Positions 46,907-50,566 of a DNA stretch of 50,566 nucleotides are shown piece after piece (within the stretch, counting starts at the first letter, position 1; each line of letters begins with the position of its first letter). The stretch spans positions 1 to 50,566 of the forward strand of contig CANQJK010000003.1 of assembly GCA_947624235.1 (NCBI GenBank), read 5' to 3'. A model generated the notes under the pieces. It did no database searches. It worked only from the letters and a program-made list of their open reading frames with translations, and was not told the DNA's origin. This DNA is from an uncultured Clostridia bacterium (GTDB lineage: Bacteria > Bacillota > Clostridia > Christensenellales > CAG-314). A program made the translations under genes and the position numbers.

Positions 46907-47386
46907 CTATCTGTGACGGTAGGGCTTTTTGAAGCGAGGCTCATTGAGTATTTCGCCCAAAATCATTGCCTTTACCACACCGGAATAATCGTTATTCTCG
47001 TTGTTTTGCACTTCGTAGGCAATGTCGTGAGCAATGAAACGAACTCCGTCCAAATCGGCACATCCTTCGTCATCGATATCGCCGAGCGATCCCACTATTT
47101 CTTCGTAGTGTTCTTCTTCGCCCTTGTGTTGATGCGCGCGTGCGTCGGCTACATGCAAAGCGTGTTTATCTGCCTCCGTTTCGGCTTTCTTTTGGCGAAG
47201 TTTTTCAAGGTAGGGGTGCACCACCTCGGCAGAGGACTCTGCGGTTGCGCTCGATTGCGTACTGCCCGTCCCGTTGCTTTTCTTTTTGGCGATGTTGATG
47301 CGAGCAAACACCAATGCAATGATGACTACCATGGCAAAGAACATCGAAAAGCCCACTACCAAAAATATCGTAAACGTTCCGTCCAT
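46907..47386 (-). CDS. Membrane-anchored hypothetical protein (yqfB-like position)
   Basis: N-terminal TM helix and a KAMILGEILNEPR C-terminal motif. Follows floA. Confidence 0.7.
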   Translation of the reverse strand: MDGTFTIFLVVGFSMFFAMVVIIALVFARINIAKKKSNGTGSTQSSATAESSAEVVHPYLEKLRQKKAETEADKHALHVADARAHQHKGEEEHYEEIVGSLGDIDDEGCADLDGVRFIAHDIAYEVQNNENNDYSGVVKAMILGEILNEPRFKKPYRHR

Positions 47387-47402
47387 ACTTGTTGCCCGAC
47401 TG

Positions 47403-48428
47403 TTACTTCTTGGCGGGTTTTCCGTCCGAACCGTCACCCGTTCCGCTGATAGCGTTGCGCATAGCGGTGTCCGCTTGAATGTTTTGCAATTGATAGTAGT
47501 CCATTACGCCCAAATTTCCGTTCCTGAACGCTTCGGCAATGGCTTTGGGAATTTCCGCTTCCGCCTCCACGACTTTGGCGCGCATTTCCTGCGTGTGAGC
47601 CTTCATTTCCTGCTCCGTTGCAATAGCCATGGCGCGACGTTCCTCGGCATTGGCTTGCGCGATGCGTTTGTCCGCTTCTGCCTGATCCATTTGCAGTTGC
47701 GCACCGATGTTTCTGCCAACGTCCACGTCGGCGATGTCGATACTCAATATTTCGTACGCGGTACCTGCGTCAAGTCCCTTTTTGAGGACGGTTTTGCTGA
47801 TAAGGTCGGGGTTTTCCAACACTTCCTTGTGATACTCGGCAGAGCCTACCGTTGTGACAATGCCTTCGCCAACGCGGGCAATGATAGTTTCCTCTCCCGC
47901 ACCGCCGATAAGACGGCTGATATTGGCACGCACCGTAACGCGCGCCTTTACGCGCAATTCGATACCGTTTTTGGCAATGGCGGATATCACGGGCGTTTCG
48001 ATGACTTTGGGATTGACGGACACCCTGACGGCGTTCAACACGTCGCGTCCCGCAAGGTCGATGGCTTTTGCCGATTGCAAAGAAAGTTCTATGTTGGCGC
48101 TGTGCGCAGAAATGAGCGCGTTTACCACATTGCTGATGTTACCGCCCGCCATTACATGACTTTCCAGTTCGGCAATGTCTATGTCCAAACCTGCTTTGCG
48201 TGCGCGAATGTACACGTCTATCAACATGCGGTACTTGATACGGCGCATTTTCATGCCCACCAAACGTCCCATTGACACATGAGCGTTGCTCACCGCCGCG
48301 ATAAACCAAGTGCCGATAGGCAAAAATATCAACAAAATAATGACAAGCGCTATCACGACGATAAGCGCAATTGCCCAGCCGGGAAAATCTACCGAGCCTT
48401 CTGCCAAAAGCGTCAAAAATGTATTCAA
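47403..48428 (-). CDS. floA: Flotillin-like protein FloA (YqfA)
   Basis: [28 protein letters not shown] and [17 protein letters not shown]. Confidence 0.95.
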   Translation of the reverse strand: MNTFLTLLAEGSVDFPGWAIALIVVIALVIILLIFLPIGTWFIAAVSNAHVSMGRLVGMKMRRIKYRMLIDVYIRARKAGLDIDIAELESHVMAGGNISNVVNALISAHSANIELSLQSAKAIDLAGRDVLNAVRVSVNPKVIETPVISAIAKNGIELRVKARVTVRANISRLIGGAGEETIIARVGEGIVTTVGSAEYHKEVLENPDLISKTVLKKGLDAGTAYEILSIDIADVDVGRNIGAQLQMDQAEADKRIAQANAEERRAMAIATEQEMKAHTQEMRAKVVEAEAEIPKAIAEAFRNGNLGVMDYYQLQNIQADTAMRNAISGTGDGSDGKPAKK

Positions 48429-48432
48429 AGTT

Positions 48433-48987
48433 TTACTCCTCCTTTATGTTTGTTACCGATATGCGTTGACCTTCCACTTTGACAACGCACACATTACTGC
48501 CCTTTTCGATGTAGCCATCGCACACCACGTCCACCGTTTCCCCGTCGAAGGTGGCTCTTCCCACGGGGTGAAGAATCGTTTCCGTTACTCCGCACTTGCC
48601 GACAAGGTAGGAAAAATCTTTTGTTCCCTCCGTCTTGCCCGTAGGCACCGCGCTGTCGGTGTGGAACAGCGCCGTCTTGGCAAGTCGCGTCTTGGTGATG
48701 AGCCTTGAAAACACCCAAAACATCAATATGAACAATACCAATGCAATGAGCACCATATACAACAGCATGAGAAGGTCTCCGCCGTATATCATCCTGAGCA
48801 CAATGCCCGCCACTATCAAAATGACTCCGCTTATACCGCAGGCGCCGAACCCGGGCACGAACATCTCGATTGCGCAAAGAATGATCCCCAACGCAAACAG
48901 CGCTATCGTCCAGCCGTTCATTTGCGTGAACAGCCGAGCAAAACTACTGTCGGCAAAGCCTTCCATCATAAGCGCAAAAAAATTCAT
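48433..48987 (-). CDS. NfeD-family protein (short YqeZ-like)
   Basis: [11 protein letters not shown] region and an LHPVGRA OB domain. Upstream of floA. Confidence 0.88.
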   Translation of the reverse strand: MNFFALMMEGFADSSFARLFTQMNGWTIALFALGIILCAIEMFVPGFGACGISGVILIVAGIVLRMIYGGDLLMLLYMVLIALVLFILMFWVFSRLITKTRLAKTALFHTDSAVPTGKTEGTKDFSYLVGKCGVTETILHPVGRATFDGETVDVVCDGYIEKGSNVCVVKVEGQRISVTNIKEE

Positions 48988-48998
48988 TGTTTCTCCTT

Positions 48999-49529
48999 TT
49001 ATTCAATATACGGTTGAAGCAAGCCTATCGTTCCGTCGTTGCGACGATACACCGCTTCTACATTGCCCGTTTCCTCGTTGACGAACAAATAAAACGCGTG
49101 GTCTACGAGTTCGAGGTTTTCCGCCGCCTCAACGGCAGACATTCTGCCCACCGCAAAACGCTTTACCTTTGCAATGGTGAGAGGCGTCACGTCTACGTCG
49201 GAAACAAATTCGTACTCCGCGGGAGCCTGAGGCAGTTTGTAAGATTTGTTGAGCTTTTCGCGGTGCTTGACAAGTTGCCTTTCCAACTTGGGCAAACATG
49301 CGTCGATGTTGTAGTACATTGTGTCGCCCACTACTTCCGAACGAATGTATGTACCGTGATAGTTGATGGAAATTTCCATTTTGCATTGCCTGCCCAGATC
49401 CGTCATTACGATTTTGCACGGCGTATCCTTGTCGGGGAAGTATTTGTCAAGACGCTTGGTCTTGCCTTCCAAAATTCTTTCCAGTCTGTCCGTTACGCGA
49501 TAGTTTTTTGCTGTAATTTCCAGTTTCAT
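48999..49529 (-). CDS. hpf: Ribosome hibernation promotion factor (long HPF/RaiA)
   Basis: KLERQLVKHREK, MSAVEA and VYRRNDGTIGLL. GGAGG RBS. Confidence 0.92.
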   Translation of the reverse strand: MKLEITAKNYRVTDRLERILEGKTKRLDKYFPDKDTPCKIVMTDLGRQCKMEISINYHGTYIRSEVVGDTMYYNIDACLPKLERQLVKHREKLNKSYKLPQAPAEYEFVSDVDVTPLTIAKVKRFAVGRMSAVEAAENLELVDHAFYLFVNEETGNVEAVYRRNDGTIGLLQPYIE

Positions 49530-50030
49530 ATTGTACCTCCGTTTGTTACATTGGAAAACTCGGTAATATTTTCTCCAAATTTTCCTAAATAAAGTATATC
49601 ACAACCGTATAATTTTTCAAGACCATTGGCGCAAAAATATCATACTTTTTTTATTGGGCAGACATAAATAAAATTTTAAGTGTTTATATCAGTTCTACAC
49701 AAAGCGTCGGGACGTGAAAAAACAAAATATAAAAATCGATCCGCGCGGGGCGACGCCGAACACCGCCGAACAGATTTCTGTTTATCAAGGCTTGTTTACA
49801 TAATTCTCTTTGTATGTGTTGTTTTTTTAGCGCGTGCTATTTGCAATGTTTGTCTTTGAAAAGAGCAAGAACGTTGTTACTGACTGCGTTTACATACACA
49901 CTCTCATTTAAATTAACATTGACATTTGCATTTTCATTATCATTTACATTAGTTCCGTTTTGTTATTTTTTGAAAGCGTGGGCATTGCACCAAAACCAGT
50001 TGTCCCCCCCCCCAAAATGTCACTTACCTG

Positions 50031-50495
50031 AACCAACACTATTATAGCGGGGAAAATATGTCTCCGCGAATAGGGGCGGGCGGTCGGGGACCTTATTCTA
50101 CCGGGAGCGAGGGTGTTTCGCGCAAAATAATCTGCAACGAGGGACTGTCGATTCGCATAAACGACTAAAAAATGGATATTTACATAAAAAAAACGGCGTG
50201 AAACAAGAAAGTTTCAAGCCGTTTTTGATGCAATTTTGCATAAAAATTATGATACGACAGTTCAGGTACGGTAAGTTCAAAAATATCTCGTACCTGCACC
50301 AACACTATTGTAGCGCGAAAAATATGTCTCCGCGAATAGGGGTGGGCGGTCGGGGCCCTTGTAACAGATAGAGCGAGTGTATCCCCTGTAAAATAATCTG
50401 CAACGAGGGACTGTCGCGTTTGATTGTACAAGCAACTAAAAACATACAATACGACAGTCCCGAAGCGAAGCCTTTTTGCGCGGAATACCCGAGCG
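50031..50495 (+). repeat. Mosaic of family-B and family-A repeats
   Basis: Two B units (ACCAACACTATT...GGGCGGTCGGGG...AAAATAATCTGCAACGAGG), each running into a GGGACTGTCG...CGACAG family-A element. Confidence 0.7.
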
Positions 50496-50566
50496 ACGCC
50501 TTAACGTCTGTAAAATATAATTTCTCCGCCTATCGAGTCTACCAACACGTTGTCGCCCTTGTTGAT

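Noticed and set aside
1522-48275. Long antisense or alternate-frame ORFs (e.g. 1550-2488, 10139-11458, 19571-21097, 22368-23666, 39767-41500, 47274-48275)
   Set aside because: They are shadows of well-supported genes, with no motifs or RBS.
49530-49800. raiA-motif RNA upstream of hpf
   Set aside because: The region is AT-rich and promoter-like, with no extensive pairing that I could identify.

Overview
A chromosomal window of about 50% GC from an anaerobic, probably spore-forming Clostridia-type bacterium (inferred from nifJ-type PFOR, V-type ATPase, spoIVFB and floA). Core genes are pyruvate:ferredoxin oxidoreductase, dnaG-rpoD-trmK-Zn-ribbon, a complete 9-gene V/A-type ATPase operon, rpiB, sua5, rsfS, a nadD-yqeK fusion, minD-minE-like-spoIVFA-like-spoIVFB and hpf-nfeD-floA. 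Between them are XRE/membrane-protein modules and two families of non-coding interspersed repeats. The main finding is a probable intragenic DNA-inversion (shufflon-like) system in a 2854-aa Cys/His-repeat surface lipoprotein (41482-32918). A 23-bp inverted-repeat pair (32169-32191 and 34028-34050, 22/23 identical) brackets the current C-terminus and a start-less, in-frame alternative C-terminal cassette on the opposite strand. No recombinase is encoded in the window. The same gene is preceded by a promoter, a 35-aa uORF and a terminator. A second structured attenuator-like RNA lies at about 8136-8303.
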